Below, piece by piece: positions 55,152-64,000 of a DNA stretch of 64,000 nucleotides. The notes under the pieces are model-generated. The model saw only the letters and a program-made list of their open reading frames with translations. It had not been told where the DNA came from and ran no database searches. A program made the position numbers and the translations under genes. Origin of the DNA: an uncultured Methanosarcinales archaeon (GTDB lineage: Archaea; Nanobdellota; Nanobdellia; Woesearchaeales; UBA583); contig CAYGPK010000007.1 of NCBI GenBank assembly GCA_964351975.1, positions 3,504 through 67,503 of the forward strand, read 5' to 3'. Numbering within the stretch: the stretch's first letter is position 1; the number at the start of each line of letters is the position of its first letter.

Positions 55152-55700
55152 ATGACAACTTATTCAGTTAAAGGACACGAAATAGAAGGAAAAATTACTA
55201 AATCAGCTTATGATCGAAAAGTAGTTTTATTTGCGAATAATATTATAGAAGAATTAAAGAAACTTAATATTACAAGAGATGATGTTGAGATTAAAGTAAA
55301 TGTTTTAGGAAATAAAAATGTTCCTGCAGTAATTGAATTTTGGTCACAAGGACATTATGGGAGATTCTCTTATTCTTTAACTAATCGTTTTGTTGATAAT
55401 ATGTATATTATTCAAGAGCTTGTTAAACTTGAAGTAGCAGAGGTTTTATCTGGTAAAAAACAAATGTCAGAATTTTTTCATACTTTTGAATCTGAAGGAA
55501 ATCGAAAAGAAATTTCAAAAGATTTAGATGAAGCTAAAAAAACTCTAGGTTTAAGTCAAAATGAAAAAGATTTAGAAGTTATTAATAAAGCATATAAAAA
55601 TCTTGCAAAATTACATCATCCTGATGCAGGTGGTGATTTAGACGAGTTTAAAAAAGTAAATAAAGCCCATAAATTAATTAAAAAAGAGATGGGATTGTAA
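55152..55700 (+). CDS. J-domain protein (C-terminal DnaJ domain, unknown N-terminal domain)
   Basis: LGLSQNEKDLEVINKAYKNLAKLHHPDAGGDLDEFKKVNKAHKLI contains the HPD motif. Confidence 0.7.
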   Translation: MTTYSVKGHEIEGKITKSAYDRKVVLFANNIIEELKKLNITRDDVEIKVNVLGNKNVPAVIEFWSQGHYGRFSYSLTNRFVDNMYIIQELVKLEVAEVLSGKKQMSEFFHTFESEGNRKEISKDLDEAKKTLGLSQNEKDLEVINKAYKNLAKLHHPDAGGDLDEFKKVNKAHKLIKKEMGL

Positions 55701-55765
55701 TTTCTTAATTTTATTTCTATACATAGTTAGATAAATTTATAAGGTACAGCCTTGTTTTTCAATTT

Positions 55766-56902
55766 ATGAGATTACTTAAGAATTTTTTTTATTTTTTGAT
55801 AATTGTTTTTATAGTAAGTATAATTTCTTCAATCACATATAATTGGACTTGGCTTGAGACATTTTACCCTATAACTTCTGCAATTTTATACGCAATTTCA
55901 AAATATTCTGTTAAAATAATTAGTACTATTTTTTTATTTTTTATTTTTGCTTTGTTACAAAATTCTATTTCAAACCTTTTTATGAGTGTTATTATTAAAA
56001 GATTCACAGAAGATGAAGAAATTTTATTTTCATTTAGAAAAATATTTGGATTTATTTGGTGGTTTATATATTTAATAACAGTATTTATCATTTTTGTTGA
56101 AGGTATTAGTAATTTAGTAACATTTCTAGGTCTTATTGGTTTGGGATTTTCACTTGCATTTCAAAAACCTATTTTAAATATTGTTGGGTGGTTCTCAATA
56201 ATTTCTAAAAGAATTTACAAAGAGGGAGATAGAATTGAAGTTTTGCCAATTCGTGGAGAAATAATTAGAGGTGATGTTGTCTCAGTTGGATTATTTTATA
56301 CCCAAATAAATGGACTTTTAAAAAATACTCAAACAAGAGATTCTAAAATTATCACTTTTCCAAATGAATTTGTTTTAATGGCACAAATAAGAAATTTGTC
56401 AGTTGATTCAAATTATATTAAAGATGAAATTGTTCTATATTTAAGTTTGGATAGTGATTATGAACTTGCAATTTCAATTTTGAAAAAAACTATTGAAGAT
56501 GTTATGAAAAATAATTTGAAAAGATATCTTAAAGTTATTAAGAAAAAAATTTCTAGTGTTGAATTTTCATTAAAAGATGTAGTTAAGTTCTCAAAAAAAG
56601 CAAAAGATACTAAAGTTAAAGAAGAAGCTAAAAATCAATTATCAGAATTAAAAGAAAAAAGTACAGAATTAGAAGATGAAATGAAAAGAACACAAGAAAT
56701 TGGGGAAGATTTCAAACCTGCGATTCATTTCTCTATACGAGGTGGACATCTATGTTTAATAGGATTATATATAGTACCATATCACTTCTTTAGATCAACT
56801 AGAACTGCAATTTTTTTAAATTTCTATAAGGAAGTTAAAAAACATAAAAAAATTAAAATTGTTCAATCTGAACAAACTTTTGAATTATCAACCTCAGATT
56901 AA
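55766..56902 (+). CDS. Mechanosensitive channel (MscS family), second copy
   Basis: FSLAFQKPILNIVGWFSIISKRIYKEGDRIEV...GDVVSVGLFYTQI...ITFPNEFVL...IRNLS. Confidence 0.65.
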   Translation: MRLLKNFFYFLIIVFIVSIISSITYNWTWLETFYPITSAILYAISKYSVKIISTIFLFFIFALLQNSISNLFMSVIIKRFTEDEEILFSFRKIFGFIWWFIYLITVFIIFVEGISNLVTFLGLIGLGFSLAFQKPILNIVGWFSIISKRIYKEGDRIEVLPIRGEIIRGDVVSVGLFYTQINGLLKNTQTRDSKIITFPNEFVLMAQIRNLSVDSNYIKDEIVLYLSLDSDYELAISILKKTIEDVMKNNLKRYLKVIKKKISSVEFSLKDVVKFSKKAKDTKVKEEAKNQLSELKEKSTELEDEMKRTQEIGEDFKPAIHFSIRGGHLCLIGLYIVPYHFFRSTRTAIFLNFYKEVKKHKKIKIVQSEQTFELSTSD

Positions 56903-56969
56903 TTAAAATCTAATTATTTTTATTTAGGTATAGCTTTATAACTTAATTTAAACTCTTTATATATATAAA

Positions 56970-58247
56970 ATGTTATTCGAAAATTTAAATCTAATCCCTC
57001 AGATAAAAAAAGCCCTTGTTAAATGTAATTATGAAATTGCAACGCCTATTCAAGCTCAGGCAATTCCACACGTCTTAGCTGGGTCTGATTTATTGGGTAT
57101 TGCTCAAACAGGAACAGGAAAAACAGCAGCATTTCTAATTCCACTACTACAATTGTTGTATAATTTAGAAAATAAAAATTTAAGATATCCACAAATTTTA
57201 ATATTGGCTCCAACACGTGAATTAGCTTCACAAATAGGAAATAACATTAGAGAATATTCGCAATTTTTAGATTTTAAATATTCGATTATTTTTGGTGGAG
57301 TTTCACAAGTACCACAAGAAAAAGCATTAAATAGAAATTTGGATATAATTGTTGCAACACCAGGTAGACTTTTAGATTTGATGAAACAAGGAAAAGTTAA
57401 TTTAACTTATATTCAATATTTTGTTTTAGATGAAGCTGATAGAATGCTTGATATGGGATTTATCAATGATGTTAAAAAAATAATTGCAGTTCTACCAAAG
57501 AAGAAACAAACTTTGTTCTTCTCAGCAACAATGTCAAAACCAATTTTAGAATTAAGTAAATCAATTCTTATTAATCCTAAAAAAGTTGAAGTAACACCAG
57601 AGTCAAAAACAATTGATAAAATTGATCAAAGCCTTTATTATGTTGATACTGTTGATAAAGATAAATTACTGCTTGAGAGCATAGCTTCAAAAAATATTTC
57701 TTCTGTTCTAGTTTTTACAAGAACTAAACATAAAGCAAATAAAATTGCAGTTTTTTTAAACAACAATAATGTTACAGCTGAAGCAATTCACGGTAATAAA
57801 TCTCAAAATCACAGAACAAAAACCCTAACAGATTTTAAATCTGGAAAACTTAAGGTACTTGTTGCAACAGAAATTGTAGCAAGAGGAATTGACATAGATG
57901 ATATTTCTTTAGTTGTTAATTATGAAATACCAAATGAGCCAGAGAGTTACGTTCATAGAATAGGAAGAACTGCAAGAGCAGGTAAAAGTGGAATTGCAAT
58001 TTCATTTTGCGCAGCAGATGAAAGAGAGTACATAAATGAAATAGAAAGAATAATTAAAAAGAAAATTCCTGTAGCTTCTCATAAAATGCACAGCGATACT
58101 GCTCAAAATGCAAAAGGAGCAGCAGCAAAACCACTACCCAAATCACAGCAACAAAACAGAAACTTTAACAAATCTAAAAAATCTAAGAAACCTAATGTTT
58201 TTGCAGGTAAAAATAAAAATTTTAAACGATCTAATTCTAGGTATTAA
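56970..58247 (+). CDS. DEAD-box RNA helicase (RhlE-like)
   Basis: TPIQ, AQTGTGKT, PTRELA, DEADRM, SAT, HRIGRTARAG, and a basic tail. Confidence 0.9.
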   Translation: MLFENLNLIPQIKKALVKCNYEIATPIQAQAIPHVLAGSDLLGIAQTGTGKTAAFLIPLLQLLYNLENKNLRYPQILILAPTRELASQIGNNIREYSQFLDFKYSIIFGGVSQVPQEKALNRNLDIIVATPGRLLDLMKQGKVNLTYIQYFVLDEADRMLDMGFINDVKKIIAVLPKKKQTLFFSATMSKPILELSKSILINPKKVEVTPESKTIDKIDQSLYYVDTVDKDKLLLESIASKNISSVLVFTRTKHKANKIAVFLNNNNVTAEAIHGNKSQNHRTKTLTDFKSGKLKVLVATEIVARGIDIDDISLVVNYEIPNEPESYVHRIGRTARAGKSGIAISFCAADEREYINEIERIIKKKIPVASHKMHSDTAQNAKGAAAKPLPKSQQQNRNFNKSKKSKKPNVFAGKNKNFKRSNSRY

Positions 58248-58431
58248 AAAAAACTTTTACTCTTCCAACTTGATTATCTTCAAGCATAACTTTTATTCCG
58301 TGATGATGATTAGGAGATTTGGTTAAAATTCTTTTAACAACTCCTTTAGTAATACTCCCTGATTTTTGATCTTTCTTAAGAACAACTCCAACGCTTTGCC
58401 CTATCTTAATATTATCTCTTACTGTATGCAT
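58237..58431 (-). CDS. YwbE-family small protein (DUF2196)
   Basis: IKIGQSVGVVLKKDQKSGSITKGVVKRILTKSPNHHHGIKVMLEDNQVGRV matches the YwbE pattern. Confidence 0.75.
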   Translation of the reverse strand: MHTVRDNIKIGQSVGVVLKKDQKSGSITKGVVKRILTKSPNHHHGIKVMLEDNQVGRVKVFFNT

Positions 58432-58501
58432 AATAGATATTAATCTTATTAGTTTAAAATACTTTAGAATATTATTTAAATAATAAAATTCTAGAACAAT
58501 T

Positions 58502-58780
58502 ATGAAACAAGATACAAATGAATTTTTACATCATTTAAAACCTGAGATTAGAGAGATTGTCGATTTAGTTAGTGGAATTCTCTTTGAGAACATTTCTAAT
58601 GTTAAAGAGAACATTACAAATAATAAATTAAAATATAGTAATGCTTCATTAGGTTCTATTTGCTCGATTTATATCAGAGATGAAAAAGTAATTCTTGAAT
58701 TTAGAGTTGGAAAGAAATTTTCTTTTGAAAAATATAATGATGTTAATAAAGAAAAAATAAAGAAATTTATCAATACATAG
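58502..58780 (+). CDS. Hypothetical protein, possibly DUF1801-like
   Basis: Weak pattern resemblance only. Confidence 0.4.
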   Translation: MKQDTNEFLHHLKPEIREIVDLVSGILFENISNVKENITNNKLKYSNASLGSICSIYIRDEKVILEFRVGKKFSFEKYNDVNKEKIKKFINT

Positions 58781-58810
58781 GATTAAATAGTTTCACTTCT
58801 ATAGTGATTT

Positions 58811-59008
58811 ATGGCAATTAGAAGAAATTTAGGCGGAAGATATGTAGAAGTTAGAGAAAGAAATACAGTTAAAGGTCATAAAGGGACTATAATGGGTAAC
58901 TGGTCATCAAAAACTAAAACTAAACATAAGCATATTAGTTTTTTTAGTTGGCTTTTGGTTATATTAATTTTTTTAATAGCAGTTCTATTTATCTATTCTT
59001 TTATTTAA
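58811..59008 (+). CDS. Small basic protein with C-terminal TM anchor
   Basis: ORF with a single C-terminal hydrophobic helix. Confidence 0.4.
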   Translation: MAIRRNLGGRYVEVRERNTVKGHKGTIMGNWSSKTKTKHKHISFFSWLLVILIFLIAVLFIYSFI

Positions 59009-59075
59009 ATATAAAATTAATATTTTTTCGAGAATTTTATAAAATATAATCAATTATCTATTTTAGAATTTAAAA

Positions 59076-59486
59076 ATGATAGAAGATGTTCAAGTAAAAG
59101 ATTTAGTTGAAAGAATTGGTTTTATTCAAATTTCTGAACTATCTAAGTTTAGAAACTTATCTCACTCTTTATTTGTTGTACCAAATTCTCTAAAGCAATC
59201 AGAATTAATTGATGCAAAAAGAACAACTGATTTTTATATTTTATTAGGATTAGAACGAAAAGCTTTAGAATTAATTTGTAGAACTAACTCTTATATAATA
59301 AAATCGCCTGGGAGCGAGTTTATCTCTGTTTCGTTAGATAATAATATTCTTCCCGATATTTCTAAATTTATTATTAATGGGAATTATAGAATGGAACATA
59401 GACCTTATGTTGTAGAAGTAGGTAATTTATATCAAGCATCTTCAAATGAATCCATTAATTTAGTGGATAGTATTGTTAGTAGATAG
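59076..59486 (+). CDS. Hypothetical protein (136 aa)
   Basis: ORF only. Confidence 0.45.
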   Translation: MIEDVQVKDLVERIGFIQISELSKFRNLSHSLFVVPNSLKQSELIDAKRTTDFYILLGLERKALELICRTNSYIIKSPGSEFISVSLDNNILPDISKFIINGNYRMEHRPYVVEVGNLYQASSNESINLVDSIVSR

Positions 59487-59549
59487 TTTTTTTGTATCTT
59501 CAAATGATAAAATAGTTTTATATACTTTAAAATTTATATAACTTGTACT

Positions 59550-59768
59550 ATGACAAATGTATTATCAGGAGTTAGAAATTTATTAGTAACATTATTGGCA
59601 TCAGTTCTATTAATATTAATTGGTATTGTTTACTTTATGGCAACAGTATGGATTATTAAAGTTGGAGCTGGATGGGCTGGCTATAGAGCCTTAGATGGAG
59701 CAGTTGTTGTTTCAACTGCAGGTTTGATTACTGCAGCATCAATGATTGGTTCAGCAATTCAAAAATAA
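59550..59768 (+). CDS. Small 2-TM membrane protein
   Basis: Hydrophobic ORF. Confidence 0.45.
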   Translation: MTNVLSGVRNLLVTLLASVLLILIGIVYFMATVWIIKVGAGWAGYRALDGAVVVSTAGLITAASMIGSAIQK

Positions 59769-59769
59769 G

Positions 59770-59925
59770 ATGGTAAATAAAAATTTAGATATGGGATTAA
59801 ATGGAGCAGTTATGCTAATTGGTCTGTATATGATTTATTTGGGATGGGGTGGAATTACACCCCCTTTATTAAGTGGAATTGCTTTTCTATTAATTGGAAT
59901 AAGTAGTTGTAAATTAATAAAATAA
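59770..59925 (+). CDS. Small 2-TM membrane protein (51 aa), below the ORF-track cutoff
   Basis: MVNKNLDMGLNGAVMLIGLYMIYLGWGGITPPLLSGIAFLLIGISSCKLIK. The ATG is 1 nt after the preceding stop. Confidence 0.4.
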   Translation: MVNKNLDMGLNGAVMLIGLYMIYLGWGGITPPLLSGIAFLLIGISSCKLIK

Positions 59926-59977
59926 TTCTTATTTTTTATATGATTAAATATTTAAAAAGATTAAACTTATCATTAAT

Positions 59978-60592
59978 ATGTTAGATTTAAGTGAAAGACA
60001 TAATTCTTGTTTATTAACAAAGGCCTCAAAAGTTCCAAAAGAGTATTTTACAGCTAGATATCCACCTCATCCTTCCTATTTTATTTCTGATTTTGGCCTT
60101 ATTAATAGAGATATTGTTGATTGTATGGGTTTTACTTATGGGTGTGATCATAATTTTAATCAAGCACTAGTCTTATTCGAGTTATTGGATAATCGTAGAA
60201 CTCTACCTTTAGCATTATTAGGGTTTGATGATAATTGTGACAATTATGAAGTTTTTCAAATTAGGGGTGCTAGAGATATGAATAGGGGACAATTAGATAA
60301 AGTTCTATGGGGTGAGGCATTATTTAGTAGTTTGATAGATAAAGCAATAGAATCACAAGTTGAAACCATTTCAGTTATACCTTCACATTTAGTAGGGGGC
60401 AGTCCAAAGAATCCAGAAATTATTAAAGAGAGATATAATAATTTACCTAAAAGATTAGGTTTTAGATTTGATTCAAAGCTAAATAGACATATTTTAAAAG
60501 TTCAAGGAGTAATAGATGATTTAGAGGAAGAAATTCCTTTTGAACCGGATTCTGATAAGATATTAAGTATTGATGGATTTAAGTTATTTTAA
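59978..60592 (+). CDS. Hypothetical protein (204 aa)
   Basis: ORF only. No motif recognised. Confidence 0.5.
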   Translation: MLDLSERHNSCLLTKASKVPKEYFTARYPPHPSYFISDFGLINRDIVDCMGFTYGCDHNFNQALVLFELLDNRRTLPLALLGFDDNCDNYEVFQIRGARDMNRGQLDKVLWGEALFSSLIDKAIESQVETISVIPSHLVGGSPKNPEIIKERYNNLPKRLGFRFDSKLNRHILKVQGVIDDLEEEIPFEPDSDKILSIDGFKLF

Positions 60593-60855
60593 GTAAAAGT
60601 TTTTAATGCTTGGATTAATAAATAAAAAAATAATATACAAATACTAGAGATAACTAATGAAATAATAGATTCCATTATGTTTTCTTTTTTAATTAGTGAA
60701 ATAATACTTAGAACAAATAAAACAACTGTGTTTAATAAAAAAACAGGGATAATTATATCAAGTAAATTAAGTTGAAATTGTACATTTAGAAATTGTATTA
60801 ACAAAATTAATATCTGAATGCCTAATGAAGTTTGAATATATCTTTTTAAATTCAT
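60589..60855 (-). CDS. Small membrane protein
   Basis: Hydrophobic ORF. Confidence 0.4.
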   Translation of the reverse strand: MNLKRYIQTSLGIQILILLIQFLNVQFQLNLLDIIIPVFLLNTVVLFVLSIISLIKKENIMESIISLVISSICILFFYLLIQALKTFT

Positions 60856-60975
60856 AATTCTTCTATAGTTTGATTCTTTATAAATCTGAAGTATTATCTT
60901 TTTATTTAATATCTTTAATTTTATTTAACTATTTACTAAAATTTATAATAGATTAACTCATTAAAATATTAGAAA

Positions 60976-61404
60976 ATGTCAGATTTATCCTATAATCATA
61001 ATTTTATTTTAGAACTAATTAAGAATTTAGATAAAGATTTATGGAAGATAATTTATAAAGAAAATTTTTTAAGTTTGAGATTTGAAAGAGATTTAGAATT
61101 AATTTTTAATATAGAAACTAATAAGGATAATATATTACAATTAAGAAATATTCATAGGATTATTTCTGATGAAGAATTAAGAAATAGGAGAATTGGGAAA
61201 AGATGTTTACAAAATTTGGAAAAAACAATTTTAGGAGTTTGTAAAGCTTTAAATTTACCTTGTGAAATTGTATTTCTTCTATATAACCAAGATGATACAA
61301 CTTATTGGCTAACAAATAATGGTTATGACGTTAAATTAGAAACTAGAGAAATTAAAAGTGATAATAAAAACAGAGAAATAGTTTGTTATAAATTATTAAA
61401 ATAA
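60976..61404 (+). CDS. Hypothetical protein (142 aa)
   Basis: ORF only. A faint GNAT-like RRIGKR loop is not convincing. Confidence 0.45.
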   Translation: MSDLSYNHNFILELIKNLDKDLWKIIYKENFLSLRFERDLELIFNIETNKDNILQLRNIHRIISDEELRNRRIGKRCLQNLEKTILGVCKALNLPCEIVFLLYNQDDTTYWLTNNGYDVKLETREIKSDNKNREIVCYKLLK

Positions 61405-61535
61405 TATATTAAAAATGATAAACTATTTAGTTATTTTTATTGGGAAAAAATTATTAGTAAATTCAATTTAGGAAAAGTTGGTAATTCTCTATTTATAGCT
61501 ATTAGATTAATTCCTTTAATAAGTATTTTATAGTA

Positions 61536-62096
61536 TTAATAATTTCCAAAGCTAATTTTAGAATCTTTAATTTTATTATAAAACTCATAACTTGGAGTTT
61601 CATCTTTAGAATCAAATACTATTAAATGAAGACCTTCCCAAACTGAAAACCAACTAGCAGGTTCTAAAAGTAAAGCCAATACTTTTAATGACTCATATTT
61701 GATAAAATAAAAATGAAGTAATAATATTAATGAAAATCCAACTCCAATAAATTTAATACCATCTTTTAAAAGTTTATTTCTTTCTTTTTTAGCTATTATA
61801 AATTTACTTTTATAATACTCATTAATTCTTTTAACAATAATTTTTTCAGACTTTAAATCTCTTAGATTTTTAGGAACTAATAATTTAATTTCATCTATAT
61901 TTTCATTTCCTAATTCAATTATTAATCTTCTAGTTTCAGAAATAAAATCGTAAGATAATTCTCTATCTTGATAAATTCTTGGATCAAAATCTGAATAAAT
62001 CTCATCATAATCATCAAGCCATAAAACTAGTTCATTCGGTTTTTTCTCACCTTTAAATCTCTTTGATATATTTATATTGTATCCTAGAATTTCCAT
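61536..62096 (-). CDS. Hypothetical protein with two C-terminal TM segments
   Basis: ORF plus hydrophobicity. Confidence 0.45.
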   Translation of the reverse strand: MEILGYNINISKRFKGEKKPNELVLWLDDYDEIYSDFDPRIYQDRELSYDFISETRRLIIELGNENIDEIKLLVPKNLRDLKSEKIIVKRINEYYKSKFIIAKKERNKLLKDGIKFIGVGFSLILLLHFYFIKYESLKVLALLLEPASWFSVWEGLHLIVFDSKDETPSYEFYNKIKDSKISFGNY

Positions 62097-62168
62097 GAAT
62101 GAATTAATGAGATATGGTATATAAACTTGAGTATATTTCCTTAATCTAATGCCAATATAACCTAATAT

Positions 62169-62324
62169 CTATAAAAATAATAGATATAATCCAACTAATA
62201 ATATAATTAACGTTCCAATCCAAGATAAACTACCTAGTTTGACTATTGGAAGAACATATTGAATAATTAATGCAATAATTAATGCCAATCCTAAAGTTGT
62301 TTTTTTAATATTTTTTTTAGCCAT
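62169..62324 (-). CDS. Small 2-TM protein (51 aa), below the ORF-track cutoff
   Basis: MAKKNIKKTTLGLALIIALIIQYVLPIVKLGSLSWIGTLIILLVGLYLLFL. Confidence 0.35.
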   Translation of the reverse strand: MAKKNIKKTTLGLALIIALIIQYVLPIVKLGSLSWIGTLIILLVGLYLLFL

Positions 62325-62415
62325 ATTCTAATTTAACTTTCTATATATTTAAATCTTTTTATAAACAATACTATAAAACAAAAAAACTTATAAAGATTAA
62401 AATTTTCAGGAAAAT

Positions 62416-63897
62416 ATGTTTAATAAAAGAGCTATAAGCCCAGTTGTAGCTTCAGCTTTATTATTAGTTGTTGCTGTTGTAGCCGTTGTGGGTTTTCAAA
62501 GTTGGTTTAATTCCTATTCTACAAGTATGTTTAGTGAAGTTGAAACTACTAGTTCTGATTCTATGGGTCAAAGTGCTATTGAAAGGGTTATTGGAGATAC
62601 ATTATTTGTAAAAGTTGCTGGCACTAATAGTTTAAGTGTAGTTAATGTAAAAATTGGTTCATCTGATTGTCAAATAAATTCTTCTCTATCACCTGGTATT
62701 AATAGTATAAATCTAAGTAATTGTGTATCAAATATTTCTTCAGGTTATCAAGACATTGTACTTATAACAGAAAAAGGTGTTTTATCAAAAAGACAAAATA
62801 TTGTTAGTTCTGTTACTGGAACTAATAGCCTTAGCGAAAATATTGTAAATTTAACTTTTCTTGGAACTTCTTTGTTTAATATAAATTATTCCAACCCAAA
62901 AGAAGATTTAGCTATTGATTCAAATAATAATATTTTTTTTGCAGGAGCAACTCAATTCATAGGTGGTCAAGCACATAATTTTTATGGAGCTAAATATAAC
63001 TCGACAGGTAGCCAACTTTGGAATTTTTCTTATGATTATAATGGATCAAATGATTATTTATATTCTGTAGCAGTTGATTCTTCAGGTAATTCATATTTTG
63101 AAGGTTCAGGAACTAATCAATCTGGATCAGGACTATATGATTTGTATATTCTAAAATTTGATTCAGATGGAAATAATTTGTGGAATAAATCATATCTTAA
63201 CTTTTCAGGAAATTCTGGTACTCCTTATCATAAATCAATAATAGATGAAAATGGAGATTTATATATACATGTTGAATCGCAACCTAGTTTAACTGGTTTT
63301 GTCGCAAAGATAGATAAAAATAATGGAGATATAATCTGGAATTATTCCTTAGGAATTTCATACTCACAACCAGGTGGACTTGATTTTGGCCCAAATGGAA
63401 TCCTATATGCTGGATTTAGATTATCTGGAAATAATTCTATAGTAGCACTTAATACTTCCACAGGTTCAAAGATTACTAACTTTTCTGTTGGCATAACTCC
63501 CTATGATTTAAAATATAACTCTTCAAATGGAATAATTTATCTAGGTGGTGGTTCTTATTCATCTACTGCTTCTATCTCTGCCATTAACTCAACAACAGGA
63601 GTTGAAATATGGAATGTTTCTCATTTAAATGTTGGTGATAGTGGAGGATTTGGACACGGTATTGCACTTGATTTACTTGGAAATATATACCTAAGTGGGA
63701 CTACTGGAAGCGGAATTTCATGGAATGGATTTATTGCCAAATTTAATTCAAGTGGATCAAAATTATGGAATTATACTTCAAATCCTTCAGAACAAGGAAC
63801 ATTTCCAAGATTTGTTAATCCAGAAGTTAATAGTTTGAATAATCCTCATGTTTTAGGACTTAGTGCAAGCACAACAGCAGTTTTTGTATTTGATTAG
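62416..63897 (+). CDS. Archaeal type IV pilin-like (class III signal) protein with SBBP-type beta-propeller repeats
   Basis: The N-terminus MFNKRAISPVVASALLLVVAVVAVVGF matches the archaeal Pilin_N pattern (KR-A-ISPV plus hydrophobic helix). Repeats follow of the form D..GN.Y..G.......D.Y..K.d..G...WN. Confidence 0.7.
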   Translation: MFNKRAISPVVASALLLVVAVVAVVGFQSWFNSYSTSMFSEVETTSSDSMGQSAIERVIGDTLFVKVAGTNSLSVVNVKIGSSDCQINSSLSPGINSINLSNCVSNISSGYQDIVLITEKGVLSKRQNIVSSVTGTNSLSENIVNLTFLGTSLFNINYSNPKEDLAIDSNNNIFFAGATQFIGGQAHNFYGAKYNSTGSQLWNFSYDYNGSNDYLYSVAVDSSGNSYFEGSGTNQSGSGLYDLYILKFDSDGNNLWNKSYLNFSGNSGTPYHKSIIDENGDLYIHVESQPSLTGFVAKIDKNNGDIIWNYSLGISYSQPGGLDFGPNGILYAGFRLSGNNSIVALNTSTGSKITNFSVGITPYDLKYNSSNGIIYLGGGSYSSTASISAINSTTGVEIWNVSHLNVGDSGGFGHGIALDLLGNIYLSGTTGSGISWNGFIAKFNSSGSKLWNYTSNPSEQGTFPRFVNPEVNSLNNPHVLGLSASTTAVFVFD

Positions 63898-64000
63898 TAT
63901 ATATAATATCAATACTTTTATTTTCTTTTTTATTAATAGCAACAAGGCAAACTTATTAACACAAAGAATATAAATAAAAGAGTTTAATAAGATTTATATG

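Noticed and set aside
19365-58326. Remaining short overlapping track ORFs (19365, 27756, 29260, 29341, 33760, 35337, 38332, 41174, 43731, 44186, 49270, 50490, 55864, 57046, 58108)
   Set aside because: Each lies inside, or antisense to, a longer ORF with recognisable motifs. None has its own TATA-plus-ATG arrangement.

Overview
The window is AT-rich (roughly 70% A+T by eye) and very gene-dense, with about 80 genes and short spacers. It looks archaeal, most like a small-genome DPANN-type lineage (Woese-, Pace- or Nanoarchaeota-like). Archaeal markers: an initiator tRNA-Met with A1:U72, ribosomal protein L18e, archaeal/eukaryotic-type GlyRS, Dim1/KsgA, TruD/Pus7, a protein with an archaeal class III (type IV pilin) signal, and TTTATAAA-type TATA boxes about 21-28 nt upstream of most first-gene ATGs (leaderless layout). 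Many bacterial-looking genes are mixed in: uvrB, uvrC, a photolyase, a tesA-ybbA-ybbP-like lipase/ABC module, dienelactone hydrolase, DUF924, DUF1801, PspC/LiaF-like genes, CspA, an M23 peptidase and a small topoisomerase IB. I saw no CRISPR array, integrase, transposase, reverse transcriptase or rRNA. The most unusual sequence-level signal is that three unrelated genes (uvrC, uvrB, tRNA-iMet) each have a short displaced second copy of their own 3' end just downstream. The uvrB pair shares a perfect 31-nt core and differs almost only at synonymous sites. Other points of interest: a lipase/MacB-type ABC/giant anchored lipase cluster (possible lipid scavenging), a doublet histone-fold protein, a DNA ligase fragment lacking motif I, a secreted TIMP-like + Kazal-like fusion next to an M23 peptidase, two paralogous surface proteins with a shared unusual N-terminal anchor, and several real-looking genes under 60 aa that are absent from the ORF track. 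All functional calls come from motif recognition by eye; no database search was possible.
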